A DNA stretch of 63,239 nucleotides, counting the filler, from Reticulomyxa filosa (lineage: Eukaryota > Protista > Foraminifera): assembly GCA_000512085.1 (NCBI GenBank). It is 14 parts of 14 records of this genome, joined end to end, with 100 filler letters (N's around TTAATTAATTAA, not from the genome) between each part and the next. Parts side by side here need not be neighbours in the genome. Positions count along the whole stretch, not along the records: positions 38,296 to 42,018 come from ASPP01027106.1; positions 42,119 to 49,695 come from ASPP01019049.1; positions 49,796 to 51,061 come from ASPP01004059.1; 11 more parts are not named here. One strand, 5' to 3'. The number at the start of each line of letters is the position of its first letter. Position 1 is the first letter of the stretch. The notes under the pieces are model-generated. The model worked only from the letters and a program-made list of their open reading frames with translations, had not been told where the DNA came from and ran no database searches. This document shows positions 38,196-50,505 of the stretch, piece after piece. Both the position numbers and the translations under genes were made by a program.

Positions 38196-41100
38196 NNNNN
38201 NNNNNNNNNNNNNNNNNNNNNNNNNNNNNNNNNNNNNNNTTAATTAATTAANNNNNNNNNNNNNNNNNNNNNNNNNNNNNNNNNNNNNNNNNNNNAATTG
38301 GATACAATCATTTGTGTCTAAGTGATAACCACAAAGCACACAATGAGAATTACATAAAAAGAAAAAACAAAATAAGGAAGAATCAATGTTGTATTGTGGC
38401 AGTGCTATTTTTCATTTCCGTGTGGTTTGTGTACATTCCGAATCCGTAATAAGTGTCTTTAATTTGCTTTGGCAACAGCACGCTTTGCAATATACATTAA
38501 ATCTTAAATGTAACGATGATAATACAATCGAAAGCGCCTTTGGCAGCAGCCAATGCAATAAGCAAAGAAGAAGAAAGAGGAGATACATTGACACAATTAC
38601 GACTCCAAGATTAAATCATAATATCAATATTATCTCAAGTGCCCATGACGAAATAGCAACGAAACGGAGCCATCCAATTGGAAGATAGTATTCATGGACT
38701 TGCTCTATTCACATTTAATACAATGGTTTGATCATTGCACAATGTGTTGAGCTGTCTCTTTGTCTCTGGACATGAATGAATGCAAGGAAAACGGCATTGC
38801 TTTGACGCTGAATATTGGATCGAGTTCATGTTTATGATGACAGGACTGTTCGTGTATTTGGTAAAGAGGAGTGGCTCTTGAAAACGCAGGTATTATTATA
38901 ATGACGAGATATGATATTGATAGTTTGTGCATTGTGAGAAAGACGACACTTCCTTGATGGATGTCGCCTTGGAAAGATCCATCAAATTTGTGTTTGATCC
39001 ACGTGTAAATGATACTCACAATAGAGATAAACCAATATTATTTTCCGAACCAATCTCTTCGTGCTTTTTTTGCATTGCTGATATTCATTGCCGTTAATGT
39101 TGTTTACGTGAAAGGGTCACATTATCATTTTTTTTTGGATATCGTTTGCACTACAAATTTTCTTGTTTTTGTAACGCTTCCGCTCTCACAAAGACAGCAA
39201 TATTTGCTTCAGTGTGTCTTCTTCTTTACTTGAGGTTCCATTATCTCCACTTCTTAGACTTAGCATATTCTAGCTATTGTAAAAACAAACAACAAATTGT
39301 TTAGAGAGAAAGACAACAATAATCAATGTTTTGTTAACTTCAATCTTCTTTTAAAAAGTATTCAAATCAATGTGGCTGATTATTTCCTGCCAATCTTACT
39401 TGACTACGATTTAATATTTTCCACCAAATCAACATCAATTGTATCTTGGAAATGTTTCGACGCATCTTTGGTTTGTCGACATTTGGGGAGGTCACAAATA
39501 GCATAACCATAAATACATGTAAATGACAACGACTGATATTTGGTTGATTATGTACATTGTTGAGCTGGAGTTTATCGAATGAAAGTGATGCATACTGATC
39601 TGAGCGTTGTTATGTAATTGCAAGCACATAACAATCTATTTTCATTTGTGTTTCTTTTCCATACATATATCATCCATAATCACTCATAGTCTTGGTGAAA
39701 CACATGTTAAAGCACTTTAGTGATTTGTTGTGTTGGCCATCTTCACTCACGTTATCTCCTTTCTTTCCTCGATAATTTACACTCCTTGAACGATCCATCG
39801 CCACTTGTTATATTTCTTGACATAGCCAATATGTCTACATTTTTTCCTCTTTCTTTAATATACTTTTTTTCTTTTCTTCTTTTTGTGCTCCTTCTTCTTC
39901 TTGCTCTTGTTTTGGTTTTTTCCTCTTTCTCTTCCTTTCATTCCAAACCTAAAGTACATTATTCTACAATGAAAAGATCCGTGTTTACATTATTTTGATT
40001 AAGACATACTACGACAACTTAAAATACGATAAAAACAATATATACCTTCAAACAGAACACATCGTCTTTATCATCTTCGGTATTTACTCGGTGCATTTTG
40101 ATCGTTGATGTAATTTGTGGATTGCCTCTCGTATGCTGATTGATAATTTGTGAAGCCAATCTCAAGATTGTTAAGTGCGATCTGGGTTTTTTTGTTTTCT
40201 GCACATTGTATTCATGCCTTTTTCAGCGAAATGATACATTTACTTGACGACGACATCAATAAATTGGAAGCCGTGCTAATAAGTCGATTATCCATATTCG
40301 ATTTATTGTTTGTGGCAGCACGACTTAAAAGGCAAGTTAAGTGGCAATACTATTTGAGGGGCCCATGTTGCTCATAAATAGCGCCGATATCATCTACTGC
40401 CAATGATAAGACGCTCCATGCTTCGATTCAACAATAACATGGCCAGCAATGGAGTATGTATACATGCCAATTCTGCTCAGGACAAAAATATTCATAATCT
40501 ATGAGGTTTAACATTTCTTGTGTTTGAAATCTATACATACACAGAAATAGCATATTAATTGAAGACAATTGAAAAAAGATTAAAGTAACCATTTGTCCCC
40601 AATTCACATCAACTTGTTGTTCTTTCCATTACGCCGGTGTTCCCTTTGATGACAATATTGAAAATATAGGATTTGGTCTTGCATTGTTTCGATATTGTAT
40701 CTTAGATGCAACTTCGATTTTGTGGAGTACTTCTTCACGTTCACAGCAACATATGTTCAAAAACGAATATTCAGATGAATTTTTATTAATGGAATTGATG
40801 ATGCGATATTTCACTGGCGATTGTATTTTTTTTTTGAGCCAACGGATATCCTGTATATTGAGTATAGTTTTAGATGTTGTCGGAAACATGTTATTGATGC
40901 ATTATATTGTGCCATTGAATCCAGTGTATCGCCTAATTCTTGCAAATGAGCCAATTTATATATTCAACAATCCAATAGTACAAATAAATGATTGAATTAG
41001 AATAGTTGATCATATTCAAGTTCTTCTTCAGGAAGGGTTTATAAACATGATATTTAATTTTGTCTTTGTCTTTCAGCTGTGTCCAATGCCAATTTCTATA

Positions 41101-42539
41101 ATGTTATACGTATATTTTTAGATTTGTTTTTTTTAACAAGCACAAATAAAAAAAGAAAAATACTTAACTTTGTTTTTATCCTCGCATGGGATAACCAACA
41201 TTTAAAAAATTTCTAATATATTTTCTTATCCTTTTTTTCATTTCATTTTTATTTTCTTTATTATTATTTTCATTATAAAAAATAATTATTTTTAAATTTT
41301 TCTACATTTTTTCTTTTTTTTCTATTTTCAATTTTCTTTTTTTCTTTTCTTTTTTCTATTTGCTTTTTTCTATTTGCTTTTTTCTTTTTTTCTTTTCTTT
41401 TTTCTATTTACTTTTTTCTTTTTTTCTTTTTTATTATCATCTTTTTTTCCCCCTTTTTTGATTTATTATTCTGTTTTTTTTTTTATTACTACATTTTTTT
41501 TTAATCACCATCATCTACACCACCCACCCCCCACGTATTCCTTTTTTTTCTTCTTTTTCCAAAAATAAATTTTTAAAAAATATTTATCTTGGTGTACCTG
41601 TATCTTCACACAAAACAAAGTTTATTTTACAATATTTTTAAGAACAAATAAATATATTTATAACTGTGTGAATGCAAGCAAACCAAATCCGATTTAAATT
41701 TTATTTTTCCTATATCAAACACTTCAAACATTTTTATTTTCTTTTTGGGGGATTGGGGAAAACAAAAAAATAAATACAAATACAAATATATACGTTTTTT
41801 CTTTGAGGGGGAATTCCTATTTCTTCACAAACACAAACAACCACATTTTATAATAAAAGAATATACAAAAACATAAAATAAACATAAACATACTTTGTTT
41901 TCTCCTTTCGGAGACGGGGTGGATTTCGACCCCGATTTTATTTTCTATTTTTGTGTGTGTGGATAGGACCATTGTATTGCAATCTTTTCTGGACGAGGGA
42001 ACCTATAAACAAAACACANNNNNNNNNNNNNNNNNNNNNNNNNNNNNNNNNNNNNNNNNNNNTTAATTAATTAANNNNNNNNNNNNNNNNNNNNNNNNNN
42101 NNNNNNNNNNNNNNNNNNCGCTATCTGACACATGACAAATGATGTGTTTGCCTGATACTGCTGCATTAATATTATTCAGTGTCTTGAACTTTATCCACAT
42201 TACTGTTTCTGTTAAGGCGTAACACTAATTCGTTAGCCTTTGTGATTGTGGACGTATACGTCATTTTCAATAATTGTTCATATGGTTTACCAATATTTTT
42301 TCGAAGGTATCGTGACAATTTGATTGGAGTTTTTTGATTTACGACAATATTCAATTGATCTACAAATGTGAATACCTTTTCTAGTTGACACTTTTTATTT
42401 TGCTTGGTTGGCTCAATTGTCCGAGCTTGATCTTTTTGAGATACTGAAGTATCTTGAAGTTTCAAACCTGTTCCAACGAGTTTTTACTTAGAACGTGTCA
42501 GATCGTCACGATGATCTGATATAGTATTATTTTTTTTGG

Positions 42540-43660
42540 AAAGGAAACAAACCTTGGTGTGATTCACAGTAAAAGGAAACAAGTCCATAGATTGAAAAGG
42601 GAGTATGTAAAGTGCAGAACTGAGACAAATTATAAGAAATACAAAAGAGCATCAATGCAATTAAAAAGGAAAAATAAGAATATTTAATCAAGAGTATCGA
42701 ATTATTGAAAGAACAACTGGACATATTGCAAAGACAGATCAAGAAAAAGCAGAAATGTTGGTATCACAGTTTCTCAGCCTCCACGTTAAACTATGACGAA
42801 GAAACGAAAGAGCATTATCAATTGGTGGAAGATGAAGTAATGAAAGATTATACATTATGGATGAATATCACTGAAGAAGTAGTAATCGATACATTGAGAT
42901 ATATTTCATCCCACAAAGCACAAGCAAAAATGGAGGATAATATATGATTGATTCTTTGGTGATATTATTTAATTGGAGCTTCAAGATTGAACATGCTCCA
43001 AGATTATGGAAAAGAGCGAATATTGTTCCAATTCCAAAACCAGATCGAAATCACATCGTCTGCAAGAATTACAGACCAATTTCATTGTTATCTGGAGTTG
43101 GTAAAACACAACACATCCTAATTGTTACGAATGGCTAATTAATTTATTCATTATTCAATAATGGGGTATCATATACAGTGTTACTGAACATCTCTTCAGT
43201 GTGGAGAGGTGGATTACGTAACAAGATGAGAAAAGAATTTGGATTGAAATGAAGAATGTATTGGTGGTTGAATAGTTTCCTCAAAGACCGAATTGGACCA
43301 TTGAAAGAAAATTTAAAGTAGGTGTACCACAAAAGTCATTATTATTATCACCGTTATTCCTGTTGTACATCAACTATATTTTGTATTCAGTTCAAGATCC
43401 AATTCAATGTGGGATATTTGCATGCAATGTTACATTGTGGACATCTATTTACACTAGTGACGAAAAGGAAATGGAACGACAATTGGAATTAATGCAAACA
43501 AGTTTGGATAAAGTGTCATTATGGTCGTACAAAGGATTCGTCCAAGTTTATCTTTGAATAGTTTATTATACACAACAATTATCAGTCTATCTTTGGAATA
43601 TTCCTGTGCATTCTGGAATGGAGCTGCAGAAACACACAAGAAGATACATTTTTTTTAGAT
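42540..43660 (+). mobile_element. Degraded non-LTR (LINE) retrotransposon reverse transcriptase
   Basis: PRLWKRANIVPIPKP...NYRPISLLSGVGK, then VWRGGL, WLNSFLKDR, GVPQ, LSPLFLLYIN and CGIFACNV (decayed FADD). Many stops and frameshifts. Confidence 0.9.
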
Positions 43661-46152
43661 ATGTTGCAGTCACATCTCACACTATATGCTGAATCGATGA
43701 CGAAGCTCCCCAAACAAAAAATGTTGCAAAAACAGTAATAAAAGGGTAGAAGTCACACTCCAATCACAGTGTTACAAAATCCAACACAAAAAAAAATTAT
43801 GATAAATAAATTCCTATAAACATTTATAAGTTTATTAGTAATTTTTTAAAATTATATCGAAGATCCTGGAGAATCCAAAAAATGCTTTTAATATAGTGCA
43901 AAAAGCATTAAATCGTTAATTTTTTCATTTTTTGCAAATTTGAAAAAGTTGAGAACTTTAAACAGTTGAGACTTTAAGCAAAGCAACGCAATCCAGAAAA
44001 AGTCTATAATTTTATTGCTAATCTTTTTCATAATTCAGATAAATTGGGATCAGATGACATTGATGTTGGTGATTCGTTCAATGAATTGGAATTGTTCACG
44101 ACAAAGCAATTGAATTTTACAAAAAGTATTAGCCATTTAGTCAAGAAAATTAGTCACTTTAATTTTATTTTTCTCAAACGTATTGCTTTTCTTAATGAAA
44201 AAGTTAGTTTTTTATATAAATCCAAAATTTCAACCGCAAACTGTGTCGTTTTAATGTTCAACAAAGCAAATCTTTTAAAACAATTGCCACCTTTTCATTG
44301 TGAATAGCTAGAGCGAATTTCTCAACAGCAGCATTGTTTGCGCATGCGAAGCTTTTGGAGCCTGTCGAATTGGTCGCCCCATTGTTTTATTTCATTATGC
44401 ATAACAGTGCTCTTGGAAGTGTCGTTGCCAAGTGGAATCTTGCCAAAGTCTTGTCGAACGTCGAATTGTGAGTGGTATTAGAAATTTCATCGTGATGATT
44501 GTTGATTGGTTTGCAATACACTCACAACTCGAATGATTGTTATATTGTGTGAGCTATACGTGTTGTTCAGCGCTGTCAGCACTAAAATAATCGAATACCT
44601 GTCTGCTGAAGCGATAGTAAGGTTATTATGATATGCAGCATTGTACATATTCGTGAGGTCAGTCAAAGCTAATTTTAATGCATTCGTCAAAACAATTGTA
44701 AATATAACACATAAAAGATTGCAGTCTTGGTTTAAATGAGCGCTATTGAATTGATTAACCATTATGAAGGAACAAAGTATACGATTTGCGTATAAGCCAT
44801 TGGTGTAACTGAATAATAATGTAATGTGCTTCTGAATCAGAAAAAAAATTATTTTAACATCCTTCATTATTGATATTAACTTTTGCAAAAAAGTTGTATT
44901 TTGAATTAGCTTGAAGACATAAGCAATAGACACTACAACATCTAGCACCTGAAAAAGTTTGAATATATCTTCGAAGATTTTCAACGATTTCGTCGTGTGC
45001 AAAGATCATTTAGAAAGCAAGCAAATACAATATTCAAAAAAAACAAACTACTGAAAAAAATGTATTTACTGATTGAAAATATCATATATCTGTCAACTAA
45101 TCACAATATTTATTATACTTCAACAATTCGAAAACAATTACTCATAATGTTCTGTTTGGAACCCTACTGTGGCGATCCAAATTGAAGATATAAAATTTTT
45201 TTTACAACAGTTAATTTATTTCAACTTACAACATTTGATATTTGATTTGTTTATTTATTATCACAATGCATAGTCCTACAAAAAAAAAAATAACTAAAGC
45301 ATATTTTTGTGATCAACTTATATTGTGTTTCCAACTTTTATTATCACGTTTTTTGCGTCCAATGTCCTACATAATCTCTTTACACTTGTCACTTCACCAG
45401 AAGCAAGTATGACCATTTTGATTAGTATAAATATTATGACTTTGACAGTGCTTGCGATGATTAAATTGCGAATGTCTTTTCAAGTTGTTCATTGCTACAA
45501 TCTTGCCTCATGACAAATTTCTTGAGCCTAGTTAGTGTTGATTAGCCATTTGAAAAAAAATTGTCAAATGCTATTCACTAAGATTATTATGCCGTTGAAA
45601 CTACATTTCAATTCCAAAGATATTTATGTGACTACAGCTGTTTCAGTCCATTGACTCTAGGCTGACATCTTGTATTTCATTGCTTTTGTAACAAAAAAAC
45701 GTTTGCAGATGCACAAAGCAGCAAAGTGATTACGTTATCTCTTTTGCAATAAACATTATTAACGTCACTTGTTAATCGCCTGCCCCCTTTTTAAGAAAAA
45801 AAAGCTTGTATTCTTAAACCACTTCAAGCAACGTGCATACTCATTTTGTCAAAGCAAATGTAATGAAATCAGTATTTATTTTTTCACTTACCAGAGCAAA
45901 TGCCTTATTTGATTATGTTTTTTTAGTTTTCCTTTTCTTTTATTATTTTTGACAAATTAGTTTTTTGGTCGGTGCAATGTTTATGAGAAGTGTCGTTATC
46001 TTAGAACAAGCATCTAGAATGTTTGAGTCTCAATATTTTCAGTATATGATGCTAAACCTTTTCCAAAGCATGTATTTGTTAAAAGCGAAAGTAAGCAATG
46101 TACAAACATTTTACAAACAAATTTTTTTTGATACAAGAAAAGAAAAAAAAAA

Positions 46153-47272
46153 TTATAAAGTGGACGGAATAGTAGCAATTTCAATGGAACTCAAAACATC
46201 CGAGCCGTTAGTGGTGCCTCCGAACACCAAGACCTGGTCGTTCCACGTCATAACAGCAGCAAAAAAGCGTGGAATGTTTAAGTTTGTTTCTTCTGTAGAA
46301 ACAATAGTTTCGGAGGTAAAATTAAAGAACTCAACACTCGACAGACCATCGTATATGCTTGCCTCTCCCCAACCGCCGACAATCAACGCGCCATTTAAGC
46401 TCGGCACAATCACAACTTTATGTCCCGCTCTGGCTTTGTTCAAACTTGTAGGCAGTGCCGTCCATGCATTTTCCGAAATGGAGTATCTATATTTGGTAGA
46501 CAAGTCCTATCAAATGTTTGTTTGTTTGAAAAGCTCCGAAAAATACGTCATACCTTTCGATTGACGACAATGCGATGGAGTTTTGATTGCAACCACCAAA
46601 GATGTAAATGGAGTCATTGAACAGCGCACAGCCACTCAGATATCTTGCAGTTTGCATAGACGCAAAGTCTTGTGCTGGAATCCACGCATACAAGGACGTG
46701 TTGAAGGCCACCATATTTTTTATGCCTTCGGGTTCAGTGTCAGTTACACCTCCGATTATATACAGCATATAATTGCTGTTGTCACCGACCACACAAGGGA
46801 ATTGCGCCGCATCTGGCAAGTTTCCCATCAACTCATCGTCAAATGTGTTTTGCTTTGTATTGTATATCCACGACGATGTTGGAGACATTTTTTGATTGAC
46901 TGGGGAGACAATGTAAATATTAAACGTCGAAGTGTTGGCTGCTTTTTCAATTATCGAAGCACTCCCTTGATGTGGAATTGCAAAATAGCTTGGAGCATTA
47001 TCTCTCGGGTATTTTGAAAATGTTTGATCTTTGAACGAATAGTTGTAAACTGAACGTGTCCATTCCAGCTCTCCAGCGTATTTCGGGCTGGGAATATATC
47101 CCCCCAAAAAATAACCAACTTCATCATCGTTTCCATAGGCCACCGACTGAAGCGGCTCTGGCATTGATATCGAACTCAACTCCCACGTCAAAATGGCAGC
47201 GCTGGCCAACTTCCACCAAGCCAAAACCAGAGAGAAAGCAGAGACGCTCATCATTTTGTACCACAGTGACAT
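46153..47272 (-). CDS. Kelch-repeat beta-propeller protein with signal peptide, exons 47272-46554 and 46486-46153; 350 aa
   Basis: Hydrophobic N-terminus ending ASA. Repeated YFLGG/YIIGG/YIFGG/IVGG/VFGG motifs. A 67-nt intron restores SSIERYSISENAW. Confidence 0.85.
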
Positions 47273-48217
47273 TTTTTTCTTGCAAAAGAAAAAACTATCC
47301 TAAATAATTTACACCAAGTTTTCGACTTTTGTTTTTTTGTAACATAATGTACTTATGTGATCACTGCGCAACACAGACCATTTTCTTTTTTTTTTGAAAC
47401 GGAAAAATACGTTTTCTACTGGACGTAGAAGAAAATTGGTCTGACCTTCGAGTTCTCGTCACATGTTTTGTGCGATTACAAAAAAGTGCTTTGTGGACTC
47501 TATGGGAAAAAAAAGAAAAGTAGAGAATGTGAATTTTTGTGTAATCAAAATGATAGTAATCAAATTAAAAGAGTAAACAAAATTGGCTTGTTTGCAGCAT
47601 CTTAGCTACAAAGGATGAAAAACGGTTAGGGTGTGTGTATGATGTGCTCAAACAATACAACAACGAAAATTAATAATAAAGAAGGTTTTGTTACTCGAAT
47701 AGCAAAAACACATTATTCATGCAATGAGAATGTAGATAATTCTCATTTTTCTTTTTGTCCAAAGTCCAATAACAACTCAACAACAAACAACAACAAACAA
47801 CAACAAACAAAACACCCCGCAAAACACAAAAATCACTTCTCTTGAAAATTTTTCACTTTTTGGCTCTGTTGCTATTCCCTCCCCGTGGCTATCCAAAAAG
47901 GTTTTAAAACGAAAAACAAACAAAAATTGGAAATAAATTCAACACATTAACAAACCAATGTTGACCAAGAAAAAACAGAAAGAAGAAGTTTTCAAAAAAT
48001 TACGAAAAACAAAACGAACCCCTTTAGCCGAGAACAAGAATAACCACTTTTTTTATCATTATTAAAAAAAGGGCAACCTTTTTTTTTTTTTCTCATGTAC
48101 TGATCTTGTAATAAAAAATGAGTAAATTCAAACTTTTCCCCTTTTTTTGACTTATCTTGTTTTTTTTGTAAAACAAGCAGCGATAAGTGATAAAAAAAAA
48201 AATGAGTGACAACACTT

Positions 48218-49695
48218 CTATGCAGTGATGGAAGATGAGTCAGTAACATGCTGTACTTCGTCACCTGGTTGTTGGACCGAACAAGGGCTATCATCGTTGA
48301 CATTGGAATTCGAGGTCGAAACCGATTGCAAATGGGACACCTGTCTGGACAAAGTGGAGGCATGTTCTTCTTGGCAATCGTCGTCGTCGTTGCGATTTTG
48401 TTCGTTGGATTCGACGACAACGGAAGACGGACGATAAGGAATACGAACTCCTGGAGGCAGCAACAAAGAAGAGGAGGAATTCTGCATTAGCGCTTGTTGC
48501 TTCCTCAGCAATGCGTCTTCTTCCTCTTCCAATTTCTGTAGATCCACGTGTTTGAGAATGAAAGGGTGTTGACACAGTGTATCGCAGTTCAACCTTTGTT
48601 GCGGATCCACATGCATCAGTCCTCTCACACACGCTATCGCTTCAGGAGACACATGGTCCCAATATACCTTTGGAAATCGGTATTGACTTCGAGTGATCAT
48701 TCCATACATTGTACGAATAGATCTAACCAAAAAAAAAAAAAAAACATAAAGTAATGCATGGATTCGTATTTATTTGTGGTTCTATGCAAATGGGGAAAGC
48801 ACACGTATACACAACGTATAAATCACCCCTTTGAATCTTTCCCTCTGTAATGCAAAGAGAGCAATAAAGTAAGATCCAAAAGCCTTTAAAATAAAAAAAA
48901 ATAAAAAAGGGGTCTTATTGAAAAACTTGGAATTGAATGGTTGATAACCCGATAACATAATATACAAAATAACACCCAAACTCCAAAAATCCACCTGAAC
49001 GCCATACTCATCCGAGCCCAATACTTCAGGGGCGACGTAATGGGGAGTACCACAACACGTGTGCATAATGTGCAAATGAGGGGGCAGCTTCAGATAATGG
49101 GCAAGTCCAAAGTCGCTAATTTTGACATGTCCTTCTTTTGTGAACAGAATATTTTCCGGCTTTAAATCTCGATGGCATACGTGATGTTCGTGCAGATATT
49201 TGAGTGCTCTGGCAATTCTACAAATCATCCACGCTGCTTTGTGCTCGTCCAATCGCTTCTCTTTTTCTTTTAACATTTGGTCAAACAAGTCTCCTCCTTC
49301 GCACAATTCCAACACAATTTTCACCGTTCTCTTATTCTCAAACACATCCACGGCTTTGATAATCGACGAATGTTCCATCGTTTGCAAAATCTTTGTTTCG
49401 TATTTCAACCCAACCAACTCTCTCGCTGTCAAGTTTTTTTTGCAATTATCTTCACTGCAAATGCTTGACGCATTGCGTTTTTGCGATGGCATTTCTTCAC
49501 AATTGCAAATGTACCACTTCCCAATCGATCTCCACATATATAATAGTCACTGAATCGGGGACGTATACTCATATCACCTACTTGCAAGCACATTTGCGCA
49601 CTGTTCCCGATTGTTTCGTCGGTTTTGGTTTTTAGCGTTTCCTCCACGTTCTGAGAAGGAGAAGGAGGAAGAGGAGGAAGAGGAGGAGGAGGAGG
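48218..49695 (-). CDS. CAMK-group (CaMKI-like) Ser/Thr kinase, catalytic and C-terminal part
   Basis: LGSGTFAIV, AVKII, LELCEGGDLFD, HRDLKPEN, DFG, CGTPHYVAPE and DFWSLGVILY. One intron at ~48724-48930. One-base frameshift in the A8 run at 49434-49441. Confidence 0.9.
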
Positions 49696-49795
49696 NNNNN
49701 NNNNNNNNNNNNNNNNNNNNNNNNNNNNNNNNNNNNNNNTTAATTAATTAANNNNNNNNNNNNNNNNNNNNNNNNNNNNNNNNNNNNNNNNNNNN

Positions 49796-49830
<35 letters not shown>

Positions 49831-50505
49831 GTTATTGCTTTTGCTCTCATCGCTTGCATTGAACAACTCATTTTGACATTGTCTCCATTTGTTTCCTAAA
49901 AAAGTCTTTGCACCGAATGGGGATATTGCAGATCGCATGGATTGGCCCATTTCGGAAAAAGTGGCCGAAACTGACAACGACGACCTTTTGAATGGTTTGA
50001 TATCAAGTTTCATCTTTTTCTTTTCCTCTCCGTCATTGTGATTGCTTGTGATGCCCAAGTCGTTATGCAGCTGTATTCCTACATTTTCATCAGCAACATC
50101 GCTCATCGTCATCCCAATCTCGTGCTTTCGCTGAATCATTGTTTCGTGGCCTGTTTTGTTCAGTGTTCCCAATTTCGTCTCGGCGCAGGGTGTGGGTAGC
50201 CAAGTGCCTTTTTTCGTTGCTGAACATACTCGCTCTGGCTCCCCGCGCTTCATATGCTTCATGAAAGAGGGCGAAAACAGATCGAATCCTCCCAAGTTTG
50301 ATATGTTATGCAATCGCATACGTTTTCCGCTCATCAATGGCGTCGCTATAATATTCTTTTCTTGTGCTCCACTTGCACACATTGCCATTGGTGACTTCAG
50401 CTCAGACAGCTTGCGCTTCTTTGGATATGTCATATTATTGCCACCTGTGATCAGTTTTTTCTCTGCTCTTGGTGTGTTTTTTTCACTGGTTACTGATGAT
50501 GCCAT
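49796..50505 (-). CDS. Low-complexity N-terminal region, probably of the adjacent kinase
   Basis: Open frame from ATG 50505 into poly-Asn at the gap. The kinase frame emerges from the other side of the gap as poly-Pro on the same strand. Confidence 0.6.

Noticed and set aside
39490-39540. HLHVF as an HUH/Helitron Rep motif
   Set aside because: It is an isolated short match without the other Rep or helicase motifs.
45965-46564. 199-aa plus-strand ORF
   Set aside because: It is the antisense shadow of the kelch gene.
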